Positions 1 through 12,839 of a DNA stretch of 64,000 nt are shown piece after piece. Source of the DNA: Lama glama (Eukaryota); contig CM052818.1 in the NCBI GenBank assembly GCA_028534125.1, positions 31,746,001-31,810,000 on the forward strand. Direction: 5' to 3'. The position numbers and the translations under genes were made by a program. Numbering within the stretch: position 1 is the first letter of the stretch; each line of letters begins with the position of its first letter. The notes under the pieces are model-generated. The model was given only the letters and a program-made list of their open reading frames with translations, was not told the origin of the DNA and searched no databases.

Positions 1-1162
1 AGTCAACATGGTCTGGTATGAGGAAAATAGGGACCTTTTTCCATATGAAGCTTGTTTGCTTTGGAGAGTACTATTTGAAAATACGTGTTTGTGGAGCATT
101 TTCTTCTCTCCTCTGAGAAGCAACAAGTATTCTTTCCTGGCTAGTGTCTCTGCTTATCTCTAGTAGAGGGTTAAGCATGGAGGAGGCAAGTGGGCATAGC
201 ACTGAATAGCAGCCAAGCCTCTTTTCTCACTAATACCTCTCTACAAACTCTACCTCTCTCTGCAGCCAGGGTTACTCGATAAAATGGTTTGGCTTAAAGA
301 AGCAGGAAACCATCAAGATGCTAGGGAAAGCACCAGGTTGGACTTGACTCTGGCTTTGCCAGACACTGTGGTGTAGGGGGAACCTGCTAGTATCTGAGGG
401 GCTTCGTTTACTCTTCTGTACAGTTGGAGAAAGGATTGGATGATCTCTGGGGTCTTTTCTAGATCAAACGTTTCAGAATTCCTGATTTGAGATTCTTTAT
501 CTAAGAAAAGACTGCCGTAGCTCAGGCTGAGCCAGGGCCAGGAGGTGGGTAGCATCTGCCCCGTTTAGAGCCCACAGCCTCAGCTGCAGCTGTAGGGTCT
601 GGGCTGTCACTGCTTTGGAGCTGGGGTGGACATCACTCTGCACTCCTGGTCAGACTTTTCAGTTACATCGCACTGCAGATTGTTTGTAGTCTGCTGGGTC
701 ATGACTGCCAGCCTGATTGCCAAGCCTTGAGTATAGGAAACACTGATTGCTCCCTCTCTCCCTGTGTCTGACTTCACCTGGCATGACACACGCAGATTAG
801 GGCACACTCATACCCGATAAGGCCCTAGTGACTGGCTCATATCCGGGCAGCTCGCTGGAGCTCCTTGACGCAGACTTGAGTCTCCCCAGGGCAAGTGAGA
901 GCTGCATCTGTTAGTAAGTGCCTGTGTTCGCCCACTCTGAATGTGCACTCCTGTCTCCCAGGGACCCCTGTGCTGTTTCTAACAGATGCATTTGCTCACA
1001 GCAAAACTGAAAATGCCTGATGACAGGCATGACTGATCTAAGCACAGAGAAAGTGACATGGGGGCTGTCCTTCAACTTTTGGAGAGCTTTTACTAAATGG
1101 GGATTGATATAGACCCTAAAATGTAATGGAATAGTTTGAATTGCAAGGAACCTGAGAGATCT

Positions 1163-1340
1163 AGTTCGGTGGTTCTCAGTCTCTGCACGGCATCATCCAG
1201 GAACTTTTTAAAAAAATAACCAGATCCAGCCCCACTGACTAAGAATTTCTGGTGTTGGAACCCTGGAATCTATTTTTAAAAAGCTCTTCAAGTATGTCTA
1301 ATGTAGCTGATCTGTAGAAAGGCATTTAGGAGCCACCACA
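1163..1340. mobile_element. hAT-Charlie MITE, MER5-like
   Basis: Starts 'ggtggttctcag', has the MER5-type core 'ggaatctatttttaaaaagctc' and ends 'ggagccacc'. Confidence 0.6.
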
Positions 1341-1349
1341 CCATCTAGT

Positions 1350-1590
1350 CTGTAACTGTGCATTCAGGAAGCTTATTAGAAACACAATTCTCTGAGGTGG
1401 GGCCCTGTACTGTTTTAACAAGCTCACCAGATATAGTGGTAACCAACTCATCCTGGTTTGCCTGGGACTTTTCTGGTTTTAGCACTGAAACTCTGATGTC
1501 CCAGGGCCTACCTCAGTCATGGGAACACTGGGATGGTTGGTTCCTTTATGAGGTAACTTTTTGCATGCTGAAGTTTGAGCGGCACCGGAA
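1350..1590. mobile_element. MER5A-like hAT MITE interrupted by a nested MER81-like element
   Basis: The MER5A motif 'ttttaacaagctc' resumes as 'gcatgctgaagtttgag' after an insert at about 1433-1548. Confidence 0.6.
1433..1548. mobile_element. MER81-like hAT-Blackjack MITE
   Basis: About 115 bp with imperfect inverted ends 'ggtaaccaac...ggttggttcc' and the internal 'ttttagcactgaaa' of the recalled consensus. Confidence 0.65.
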
Positions 1591-2240
1591 ACAATTTATT
1601 TCCCAGTTAAGTAGATGGGAGCTAGAATGGAAGCACTTTGCTTGTGGACATGCAGTGAGTTAGTGGCAGACATAGGACAAGGCTTCCAGCCCAGCATCCT
1701 TACTGTTCTTGGAAATAGTTGTAAGTAGCTGCCTCACTTTTTCCTACTTTCCACTAGGAGCTAACCCTAGAGGAGCTTGTTATGGAGTGGCCATATTGGG
1801 GGTGAATAATTTGTATTCTGCACCCTAACTTGAGTGAGGAGTGCAACAATGATAGGTACAGGTGCCACCAGACTTTGATGAATTCTTCCAGGGCTTCTCT
1901 TGGCCCAGGTGGGGAAGGTGATTTACAATTTAATGTATTTGCATTTGACCATAATCCTCAGGATAGCAGCATTACTGAGACAGAGAATCCTTGAGAAGGG
2001 GATACAACCCAGGGGCTATGGTCCAACTGAGTCAGGGTCTGTGGCTGTTCTCCTACCTCCAGGGTCCCTCTAGAGGCCCTAGGTTAAATCCTAGCATGGC
2101 TCCCTTTGTTCTCTCTCGGTTGGCTGACAAGACTTGCCAGGCTGTGCCTGATTATCAACACCAGGTTTGATTTATTTATTCCAGGGTGCCCATTACCAGT
2201 TAGCTAGGAATGGAGTAACAGGCCAGAAGACTCTTATGAT

Positions 2241-2325
2241 ACAATGGTTTTCAAACTGGAGCATGCAGCAGACTCACCTGGAGGGCTTGTTAGGGCACAG
2301 ATGGCAGGTCCCACCTCTAGAGCGA
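2241..2325. mobile_element. MER5A fragment
   Basis: 'caatggttttcaaactggagcatgcagcagactcacctggagggcttgtta' matches the MER5A left end. Confidence 0.7.
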
Positions 2326-2679
2326 CTGGTGATTAGCACTGAATGACTTTATCATGCGATGCTCATTATTGATCTCATGAGGTTGGCTTGATTGTATAAG
2401 GCAGGGCACTGGATGATTTCTAAGGACTCATCCAGCAAGAGAAATTTTACTTATAAACAACGTATATGTGGCTTTACATGTGTACTTTCATGATTGTTGT
2501 TCCCCCTTCCCTAAGCATCCTTGTGTGACTAGGGGAAGAAAGAAAACTAACATTTATTCAGGACCTCTTTTGTTCCAGCTATCACAAGAGCAGAAATATT
2601 AAGCCTTGTTAGTCTTAAGCCTAGTTAGTTTGTACTTCAGACTTCTTAATCTTGTTGTCTGTGGTATGAGAGTCTCCTG

Positions 2680-3626
2680 AATTCCTTCCTATCTCCCTGG
2701 CTGTCCTTCTCAATCCCCTTCACAAGCTCTTCCTCCTCCTGACTTCTTAATATTGGTATTCTCAGGGCTTTGCCCTAGGCTCTCTCTCCCTGGGGTATGT
2801 TCCTTCAACTGAAACCCCATCAATATGCTGATAACTCCCAAATTATACCTTCAGTGTGGATCTCTCCTCTAAGCTCCAGCTGTCTACCTGACACTTGACT
2901 TGCATGTCTCAGATGCCACACATGAATTATGTCTAAAGCCATATTATATATAAAATCTATCTGTTTCCCTATCTCCATGACCCCTTCTCCAGTCTAGGCC
3001 ACCACCATCATCTATCTTCTGAGTAATACATGATCTATTTTATTCCACAGCAACCAGATGATGCTCTTAAAATGGAAAGCAAACAGTCTTTCCCATACTG
3101 AAAATCCTTTAGAAACTCCCCATCCGCATTTCTCACTGTGGCTCATGAGGCCCTGTAGGGCCTGGCTCTGCCACCCCTCTAGCCTCCTCTCATACCATGT
3201 TTCCATGCAGCCCACAAGCTACAGCTACATACTTACTTTTGATTTCTGGAGCACAACAAACATTGTCACACCTTTGTATGTGTTGTTTCCTCTACTTGAA
3301 TGTATGTTCTTCTACTGTCTTGGTGTTGCTGGCTCCTTTTCATCCTTCAGATTTCAGCTTAAACATCATGATCTTCAAAGATCCTTCTCTGACCATCCTG
3401 GTGTAAGCAGGTACTCCATGACATCATTTTCTGTGTCATCGTGTTGTTTATGTTTGTCTTTGACCTTACAGTCTGCTTATTTTGTGCTTCCAGGCTGATT
3501 ACTTGTGTCTTGTCTTATTTCCCCATTGGGCTGTGGGCTCTGTAAAGGGCAGGGTGTTGATAGTGGGGAAGAAGCTGACTTCACTGCCTGGTGCACAAAG
3601 CAGGCCCTTAAGAGAGTGAGTGAATG
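2680..3626 (+). mobile_element. L2 LINE, 3' part with decayed RT
   Basis: Decayed GxPQGxxLG ('ggtattctcagggctttgccctaggc') and YADD-like ('tatgctgataactcccaa') motifs; L2 tail 'tgcctggtgcacaaagcagg...gagtgaatg'. Confidence 0.8.
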
Positions 3627-4284
3627 TGTCAGATTTCATATGGAGAGTATAATAACCCTGTTCAGACATACCAACCATAGACAAGAAGGAAGGAGAAGAA
3701 CGGAGGAAGAGATAGAGGCTTCAGACGTAGGGAGCTATGAGCATTGCCAACAAACATCTTAGCCTCCCAGTATTGCTTCAGATTGGCCTGGCTTCAGGTT
3801 TCCCAACTTATCTGGAGTATAAGGTCTAGTCACGAGCCTGCCTGAAGCATTTCACAGACCTTCTTCCTGTGGGTCTTATTTTCCCCTGCACATCTCAGTA
3901 TCCTGCATGAGGATGCCAGTATTTCAGTCAATCCTCAGATTTGTGCCTTTTGGAATGAGTTTGGGGAAAGGAAGACTTTTCTTGTGGTGGAGATATGCTC
4001 TTGAAGAGTAGTCAGCCATCAAGGAGTTCCCATCTCTCCTCCATCAGTCTTCATCTCTTAGGCCTGGACTACTCAACCAAGAAAAAGCCCCATGTCCCAA
4101 CAACTAGAGAGGGCAGGAGATATGGAAGATAGTGTTTTGTGTTTGAGGACTGATAGGAAGCAGTATGTTCTGAATGTGAAGGGGTAAGAGGAAACAGAGT
4201 TATGTCTTTGAGAATTACATGTCACCTTCTTAGCTAGGCCTGGTCCTGGGTATGACCACCACAAGATGGTCTTGTCTCTTCTCA

Positions 4285-4745
4285 TCATTTATTCATTCCT
4301 GTATTCATGTATTCATTCTCTCATTTAGCAAACATTTATTGAGCACTTGGGATTGGCACTTTTCCAGGCACTATGGAGACAGAGATGAATGGGATACAGT
4401 CACTGTTTTTAAGCATCACAAAGCTCATTATAGTCATTATGGTAAGAACAAGAATAGCTCTATGTGTAAGTCCCTTGGGAGCACAGAAGAGTCCTAACTC
4501 ATCCTGTAGGTTTAAAGGAAGCTTCTGGAAGAAATCAACACCTAAACTGAAACTGAAACTTTGAGCAGAAGTTAGCTAAATGAAGGGTAGGGGAAGGAGG
4601 TGCAGAAATTTATTTACTCACTCTACAAACATTGATTGAGCCCTATTCTATGCCAGGCATTATGCTAGTCATTTGTCTTCTTTTGAAAAAACTACAATTG
4701 TATGGTAAGTGCTAAGCTTGGTGTGAGCAGGGAGCTATGGGAGAA
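4285..4745 (-). mobile_element. L2 3' fragments
   Basis: 'cattcattctctcatttagcaaacatttattgagcac' is a reverse L2 tail; a second tail lies at about 4615. Confidence 0.7.
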
Positions 4746-4980
4746 GCATAGTATAGTGATTTAAAACATGGATTCTGATCATACAGAACTGGCACTGGTT
4801 TTAAATCCATTGCTTTCCCCATTCACTGTGTGATCTGAGCAAGTTGCCTAAACTTGCTTCACCTTGGATTTCTCATCTGTACAATGGGTGCAATGATAAA
4901 TACCTACTATTGTTGTAAGGATACAAAGAAAAATTCATATTAATACATTTAGCATGAAGCTAGCACGTAGGAAACGGGAA
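4746..4980 (+). mobile_element. MIR SINE
   Basis: MIR core 'tgtgatctgagcaagttgcctaaac...ttctcatctgtacaatggg'. Confidence 0.8.
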
Positions 4981-5099
4981 GAGTCAATAGGAAGTGATGG
5001 GGCCAATGATAGGAAATTACAAACTTTTCTTGACTTCCCCAGCTGACTTCAGCTTGTCTCTTATTGACCAGAACAGTGTGATATGTCATTTTAGGTTTG

Positions 5100-7350
5100 T
5101 TTTTTATTATCCACAAACATTTTCCTTGTGTGCATATTTTATGATGTATTATTTTTGTTATTCTTTAACGTACTCTTTTTAAACTCAGCAACATCTGAGA
5201 ATCTATCCATGTTGTCACATACAGACCTAGATCATTCATTTTAACTAAATAGTATTCCAATATGAATGTATTACTAGTTATCTTATCATTCTCTCATTGA
5301 AAGGTGTATATGCGATTAGGTTTGTTTGTTTTCTAGGTTTTGCTTATACAGCAGTGCCAGGAGGGATATCTTTGCACTTGCTTCTTTTTTGGTAAGAGTT
5401 CTGTGTTTCTTAGAAAAACAAATCTAACAAATAATGTCTGGGACAAATAATGGCATAAGAAGAATCAGCAGAGAGACATGTTTTTAGTTTTAATAGATAC
5501 TGTCAATTGACCTTCAATGTAGTTGTATTGATTTTCATTCCTAGTGGTTATACAAGAGAGTACCTGTTTCCCTGTATTCTTGTCCTCACCTGATATTATA
5601 CTACTTAACATTTGGATCATCTGATGAGTGAAGAATAGTATCATTCAAGGTTGCACATTTTAAATTTATTTCTCATTTGTAAATCTTCTATGAACTATTT
5701 GTTCATATCCCCAGGCTGTTTTTTAACTAGGCTGTTTGTCCTTTCTTATTGATTTCTCAGAGTCTTTGAATATCCCAGATACTAGTCCTTTGAAAATATT
5801 TGCAAATACTTTGTCTCAGTTTCTTGTAGTTATTTAATGTTATATTTTAGTATATAGAATTTGGAAGAGTCAGATTTATTTATCTTTATGATTTTTACTT
5901 TTGGCATCCTTTCACCCAAGGACATCAAAACATTATCCTGTATTTTCTTCTGCTTCTTTTACAGCTTTCTCTTTTATATTTAGGTATTTATTTAGAAGCT
6001 GTTTTTATTACAATATGACATAGGTATCTAACTGTTCTCCCTTGCCTAAGAGTGAGTCTCCTGCTCTAATACCATTTTTTCAGTAATCCATCTTTCCTCT
6101 TCTTAGAATTGTTCTATCATTTATCAAATTGCCATATATACAGAGGTCTGTTTCTGATTCTCCATGTGTCCTATTGATCTCTTCCTTATAATCACAGATG
6201 GGTTTTATTTACTTCTCCATATCTACTGTCTACCCTTTTTCACTGTGCCCCCTACTCTTGGAAGCTGTATGAAATATATGGACTACCTCAAGGGGCACTC
6301 CTGCACTTGGGCTTCTAGGTGGGTTTGGCCAATGGAAGATCTCCAGTAACAGATGGAGGGAGTGAGCAGGATAGGGTTGGGATGTTTATTCTTCTGACTT
6401 TCTTCCTGCAGGGTTGCTTTGGGCTGGCCGTGTCCTGTTATAGAAGGTCTTCCCAGGCTGCTCTCTTCTCCCAACTCCTTCCTTCTAGATTTTGGATTTG
6501 AGATAATCTTCCTTTCCCAGCTTCTGGATTCTGTTCATTGCTCTTTGCCTCTTTAGGCCTGGGGGTAGTAATAGCCCCATTGTTGCTTGTTCTAGGTTAG
6601 GGATGGCACTTTTCCTCATGATTTCCCTAAACCTTATCTATACTGTGTAAATAGCAGGTGTGTAAATAGCCCGCTTATTGAAACCTTCTGGAATCATCCT
6701 AATCTAAGTGTGCTATTAGTCTCTTGCTAGGACCCTGAATGATACAGTCACATTGAGATTCTGATTGAGATTGAACTGAATATATACATTGTTTTGAGGA
6801 GGGATGAAATACAGTATTAAATCTCTCCATCCATAAACATGAATGGTCTCTATCTATTCATGTCTTTTAGAAACTGTCTTTGAGTAAAGTTTTATTTTTT
6901 TCTCAAAAAAGATTTTGTGTATTTTTGTTAGATTTATTTATAGTTAGCTTTTGTTTCTATTATGAATAAGATCACTTTCCTAAAATATTTTCAATTGATG
7001 AATCCTAGTTTATAGAAAAGTCATCAATTTTTGTATAGTGATTTGGACACTTAGCTAAACTAATGAATTTCAATTTGTTTTAAGTTGATTTTCTTCAATT
7101 TTCTAGATATATAACCCTGTCTGTGGATAATAGTTTTATTTTCTTTCTAATTTTTAATAACTTTAATTTCTTTCTTTTCTAATACTTCTTTATTGGCATT
7201 TTTGAATAATATCAGTGACAGTCAACATTCTTATCGTGCATGATATTGATCAGTGTCTTCACCAAATTAAGGACTTCAACATCTATTTCTCATTTGCCAA
7301 AAGTTTTCAGAATAATAAAATAGCTACTGACTTGTATCAAATGCTGTATT
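5100..7350 (-). mobile_element. Old L1 (L1M-type) 3'UTR/ORF2 remnant, split by an LTR at about 6190-6746
   Basis: T-rich reverse L1 ORF2 signatures, e.g. 'gattctgattgagattgaactgaatatatacatt' and 'tctctccatccataaacatg'. Confidence 0.75.
6190..6746 (+). mobile_element. ERVL solo LTR, LTR33-like
   Basis: 'gggcttctaggtgggtttggccaatgg' and the end 'gctaggaccctgaatgataca' match the recalled LTR33 family. Confidence 0.7.
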
Positions 7351-7611
7351 TTGAATGAGTGTGGTTTTTATTAGTCTACAAATGCACTTTATATTATTTT
7401 GAAAAATAGCAATACACAAATACAGAAGACATTCTATTTAAAGACAGTACTTGAAAAACAGGTGGATTTTCAGGAAATTAGCCCACAGATTAGGAACCAT
7501 GGATGTAGAGAATACTCTCAAATGTGACTTCCAAAAATAGCCATAATAGCAACAAGCATATATTGATGTACTTACTTTGTATTAGGCACTGTTCTAAGTG
7601 ATTTTTAAAAG

Positions 7612-8240
7612 CCTTTTAATTTTGATATAATTTTGGATGTACAGAAGTTACAAAAAATAGTACATAGAATATTAATATACTCTTCATCCTGCTTTCTCTA
7701 AATGTTAACATCTTACCATAGCCATACCACAATTCTCAAAACCAGTAAATTGACACTGATGTGAGACTATTAACTAATCTACAGTACTTATTTGAATTTC
7801 ATCAATTTTCCCACTAATGCTCTTTTTTTGGTCCAGGATCTAATCCAGGATTCCACATTGAATTGGTACATCTCCCTAACTCCTTCAGTCTGACGGTTCC
7901 TTGGATTTTTCTTGCCTTTCATGACCTTGGCACCTTGGAAGCATCCATGCCCATTATTTTGTAAAGTGTCTCTCAGTTTTGGCTTGTCTGATGTTTTCTC
8001 TTGAGTAGACGGAAGTTAAGCATCTTCATTAAGAATACCACAGAAGTGATATGCCCTTCTTAGTGCACATATCTGGGGGAAATGGTGTTGATTTGTCTTA
8101 TTACTGGTAATGTTAACTTCAGTCACACAGGATGCTTCCTGCCAGGTTTATCCAATGTAAAAATCACTCTTTTCTCCTCATAATTAATAAAAATTAACTT
8201 ATTGATTAATTTGTAATTAATAACAGTATTATAGGGAGAT
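7612..8240 (-). mobile_element. Old L1 3' end (L1MC/L1MD-type)
   Basis: 'tttgatataattttggatgtacagaagttacaaaaaatagtac' is a typical reverse L1MC/MD terminus. Confidence 0.75.
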
Positions 8241-8984
8241 TTCTGTTTCTTATACCTTTTAATCTACCATATTCTTATTTTATATTTTCTGTTCTTTATC
8301 CCTCTGTTCTGAATTCTGGATAATTGCTACAAATTTATTTTCTAGTTCTCTAATGTTCTCTTCGGTTATGTATACTCTGCTACTGAATAATTATATTGTT
8401 AATTTCAAAATCTCTAGTTGGTTCTTTGAAGGAATTACCCATTTAAAAATCTCTTATTCCTATTTTATTGATAACATTTTATATTTAATTTTTAGGAGGA
8501 TTTTAACTGTACCTTTGAAAAGCTCTTTAAATTTTTTTTCTATTAATATTTCCCCCACATGAAACTTCTTTGCATTGTTGGTGAGTTACCTCTTACGTTC
8601 ACCTTCATCTAACATTTAGTAATTCTTGGTTCTGCATTCATTTTTAGTGACAGCCTTCTCCCCTGTGACCCTGGGACATTCTGGTCTCTTTCCAGATAGC
8701 TGGATGATCTCTCAGCTGGTGTCATCAGGTGTTTCCTGGAATGGCACCTGAGACAGCCTCCTGTGCTTTCTGGCATGATGACCCATCAGTTTCCCATGTT
8801 GGTCTTGCATTGTCTTCCCAGGGAGTGTCAGGATACACTGGACTCTTAGGTATAAACAAGTCTTCCTACCTACTTTTTCCCCCTGGTATGCCTCACAACT
8901 TTAGACACACTAGAATCTTCTCTGCTTACATGTATTTGTTAAAATAAAAATTTAGGGATTTGGAGTACAAGGACAGGAAGATTA

Positions 8985-9170
8985 GCAGTTATATGACACT
9001 TAATGTGTGCTATGTACTGTTCTAAGTGCTCAAAATGTATTAACTTATTTATTCCTTGTGACATGTCTATGACGTGAACATTATTCTTTATCCACCTTTT
9101 ACAGGTCAGGAGAATGAGGCACAGAGACATTAAGTGGTTTCCCCAAGATCACAGAATCAGAGTATTGCCA
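8985..9170 (-). mobile_element. MIR SINE
   Basis: Reverse core 'ttttacaggtcaggagaatgaggcacagagacattaagtggtttccccaagatcacag'. Confidence 0.8.
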
Positions 9171-9180
9171 AAACTAGGTC

Positions 9181-10187
9181 TTTTATTTTTTAATTTTTAA
9201 TTTCTTAAATACTGTTATTTTGGTATGATTCCTGTGCAGTAAACTATACATATTTCAGATGTACAATTTTTAAATCTATTTTTATATATAGTGGCTAACA
9301 TTTGTAAATCTCACACTCCCAAATTTATCCCTTCTCAACCCTCTTTCCCCCGTAACCATAAGATTATTTACTATGTCTGCGAGTCTGTTTCATAGTGTCC
9401 TTTATTTATTTAATTTTATTTTTTAGGTTCTGCTATGAGTGATACCATATAGTATTTCTGTTTCTCTTTCTGGCTTACTTCACTTAGAATGATGACCTCT
9501 AGGTCCATCATGTTGCTGCAAGTTGCATTATTTTATTCTTTTTTATGGCTGAGTAGTAGCCTGTTGTATAAATATACCACATTTTCTTTATCCAGTCATC
9601 TGTTGATGGACATTTAAGTTGCTTCCATGTCTTGGCTATTGTATATAGTGCTGCTATGAACATTGGGGTGCATGTTATCTTTTCAAATTAGAGTTCCTTC
9701 CGGATATATACCCAGAAGTGGGATTGCTGGATCATATGTTAAGTCTATTTTTAGTTTTTTGAGGAATCTCCATACTGATTTCCATAATGGCTGCACCAAA
9801 CTACATTCCCACCAGCAGTGTAGGAGGGTTCCCTTTTCTCCACACCCTCTCCAGCATTTATCATTCATGGACTTTTTGAATGATGGCTATTCTGACTGGT
9901 GTGAGGTGATACCTCATTGTAGTTTTGATTTACATTTCTCTTATAATTAGTGATATTGAGCATTTTTTCATGTGCCTTTTGGCCATTTATATGTCAGATG
10001 TACAATTTGATGAAATCAGTACCACATCAAGATAGCTAGCATTTCCATCACTCCCCAAGAGGTGCAATTTTTGGATTCTCAATTTATTCCTTCTCATCCT
10101 CTTTACCCTCTGGTAATCATAATTTTGTTCTCTATGTCTGTGAGTCTGTTTCTGTTTTGTGGATAAGTTCATTTGTGTCTGGCGTTT
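9181..10187 (-). mobile_element. 5'-truncated L1 with variant (L1ME-like) tail, copy 1, hosting a nested younger L1
   Basis: Segments at about 9200-9269 and 9994-10187 are collinear with the copies at 18340 and 32706. Confidence 0.85.
9270..9993 (-). mobile_element. Younger L1 3' fragment (ORF2 C-terminus plus shortened 3'UTR)
   Basis: ORF 9683-9868 reads [19 protein letters not shown]...[12 protein letters not shown] (L1 ORF2p Cys-rich domain); perfect 15-bp TSD tcagatgtacaattt at 9255-9269 and 9994-10008. Confidence 0.95.
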
Positions 10188-12839
10188 TAAATCAGATATA
10201 AAGCTTCCTCTTGCACTTCTCTCCTTATCAGCCAGTGGGCCCAGCTTCTATACCCTGGATGCCCCAAGGCAACATCTCACCACTCATATCAAACCCTGTA
10301 ACCAGAGGCTGGAGTTGCAAGAGCAGCAGTTAGTTCTGCTAATACAATCCATGTGACCCTCAGGACACAATGACAGATTGGATTTTGGACCTTGTTCTTC
10401 CCTGCTCTGCCTCCCCGTTTCTACTACTGCTCCAGGACTGCGTTGTTGAAATAAGATTATTGTAGAAATCAATTACCTGTGAGACCTTAGGCAAGTAATT
10501 TCTCTTCCTCTGAGCCTGCTTTTCTCATTTGTAAATAAGTAGAGAGTTGAGGGTGAACTGAAAGAGATTGGAATCTTTAGATTTTTGTCTTCTCTTGCTC
10601 TACGGATTCTCTGAATCTATAATTCACACAAAATTATATTTTTATCATTTCCTTTCATTGTGTTTTGTCATGTTTGTATCCTCCTTTATTGCTTTTCTTT
10701 TTGTTTGAATAAGTCTAAAATTAAATTAATACATGTAGTTAAAAACTGAATAATATACAAGTGCTGAAAATAAAAAACAGTATCCTGCTTTCCACCTATT
10801 CTCCTATCAAATAATACTCCCTGAGGATAACCATGCATGTGACTGTCTCTGATTTTAGTTCTCCTGGAGGTTATTACAATACCTCTAAATAATACGTGTT
10901 GCCATTACTTGATTTATAAGCTCCAGAGATCATCTATTGGGACCTCCTTTGAAAGATGAGACCTCCCCCTTATGGTCTAGGGGTGAGAGCCTTGCCTTAG
11001 CTCTGTGACCTTACCTAAGTCCTAGAGGTGATACCTCTGCAAGATGGAAAATTCCCTAAGAATGGCTGCTCTGACACTGTGGGGACCTTATTCAGGTTGT
11101 AAAGCTGAAGATGTTATCACGGGGAGGCATTGGAGACAGCTTATGGCTGTTCTCTGAGGAAAGGCTTTCTACTCTGGGGAATAGTGGCTTGATTTTTAAA
11201 GAGGTTAATCAAGAGGGAGTACAGTGATTGTCTTAGATCAGCACACAGTTTATTGTTCCCAAGAGGGCCTTGTGGCATTGGGGAGCCAAGGAATAGGAGT
11301 TTTTACTATAATTCATGTCTGCTGTTGTTTCATGCAGTGGGAAATAGCAAGGTCACTTGGGATAGGAATAGCTGAGTGCTCAGAAGTTCTCTGGCCATAC
11401 CCAGTCACTGGTATGGGAAAATTTTGGAAGTTACCTACGTCATCACAGAGTGTCAAGTTTCCTCCTTCCTACTGGGGACCAGAAGATCATCATTTAGAGC
11501 CTTTGGGTGCAGGGACTATAGATGGGTGCTAGGAGCAGGTGGCTGCTCTGTGATGATTAGGTTGTACCACAGGAATCCTAGGGAGGAGTAGGAGCCACAG
11601 AGAGGACAACCTTGCAACTCTGATCATCTTTCTTACCAGAGTGGGCTTAGTAGTCCACAGAGACCATTATCATATGCCAGTCACCTGTCAGGCTCTACCC
11701 ATTCAAGGGTCATCTTCCCAGTGTCTTGGGAGAAGAAGATTTGACTCACAGCCACTTCTGATTTGTCCATTGGCATCCACTTCTCTGTGATGTGAGTACC
11801 TCTACCCCTTACAGTTCCATCATGGGTTCCCCTCACCTGTCTGCTGTCACCACCTGGAACTCAGGGACTGCCACTCCACACACAGTGATACTGGGATAGC
11901 CCTGTGGGCCTCAGCAGAGGGGAGAATTGGGAAAGGCCACACATCTCTACACTGCCCTGCATCTTCCATCTCCCATCCCACCTCCATACAGGGTTGAATA
12001 GCTGGGGGAAATAAGATAATTATAGAATTGGAGGAAAAAAAGGTGAACCAATGCTTATTTTGACTTTTTCTTATAGTCCAAGGGGAGAAAAACCCAAATA
12101 ATTAAACTCTTCACAGGGACACCCTGATACCTAGCCTTGCCTCCTAGCCTAGAAACTCCTAGAAGCTTCTTCTTTACCTCTTTCTTTCTGGGAGGGTTCT
12201 TCCATTATCTAACATGCAAGACCTCCACCTTTTAAAAAATTAAAACTCATACCCTCTGTTACAGAGGTTGATGTCATCTCAGAATCTACTTTTCTCACTA
12301 CACCTCAACCCAGGGACTTCATACCTAACAATGTAAAGGGTATAGGAAGGAGGTACTTGAGTGGATAGCCTAGGGTAGGCTTTGGCATTCCAAGGTCTGT
12401 TGCCCGCTGGGGATCCCTCTGTCATTGTGATGGTTTTCTTTATTTTTGGTCCTCAAACCTGCGTGCACGTGCACACATGAACACTCACACACACAGACAT
12501 CTCACAAAGGCACACAATATTTCTCTGAGACGGTGATATAAAGGAAAAAGAAACATTATCTTTTCTGCAATATCATCTGCATAGATTGTGCTACCAGGAG
12601 CAGAGAGAGTGCTGTGTCGGTTGTTCTTTATTCATCTTCTCATGTGTCCCAGGTCTGTTGCGCTAAAGAGAAAGACAACCAAAGACCCTGGAAATACTTC
12701 TTTTAAAATAATATTAAATTATAATATTAATAATTTAATAATGATTTAACAGTAATTTAATAATCTTTTAAAATAATAATTTGGCCTGAACAAATTCTCA
12801 GATATGGTGCCTTCCTCCCTGAGTCTGTAGCAGTTGTCC

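Noticed and set aside
3058..3498. 146-aa plus-strand ORF
   Set aside because: Lies within a decayed L2 and has no recognisable domain
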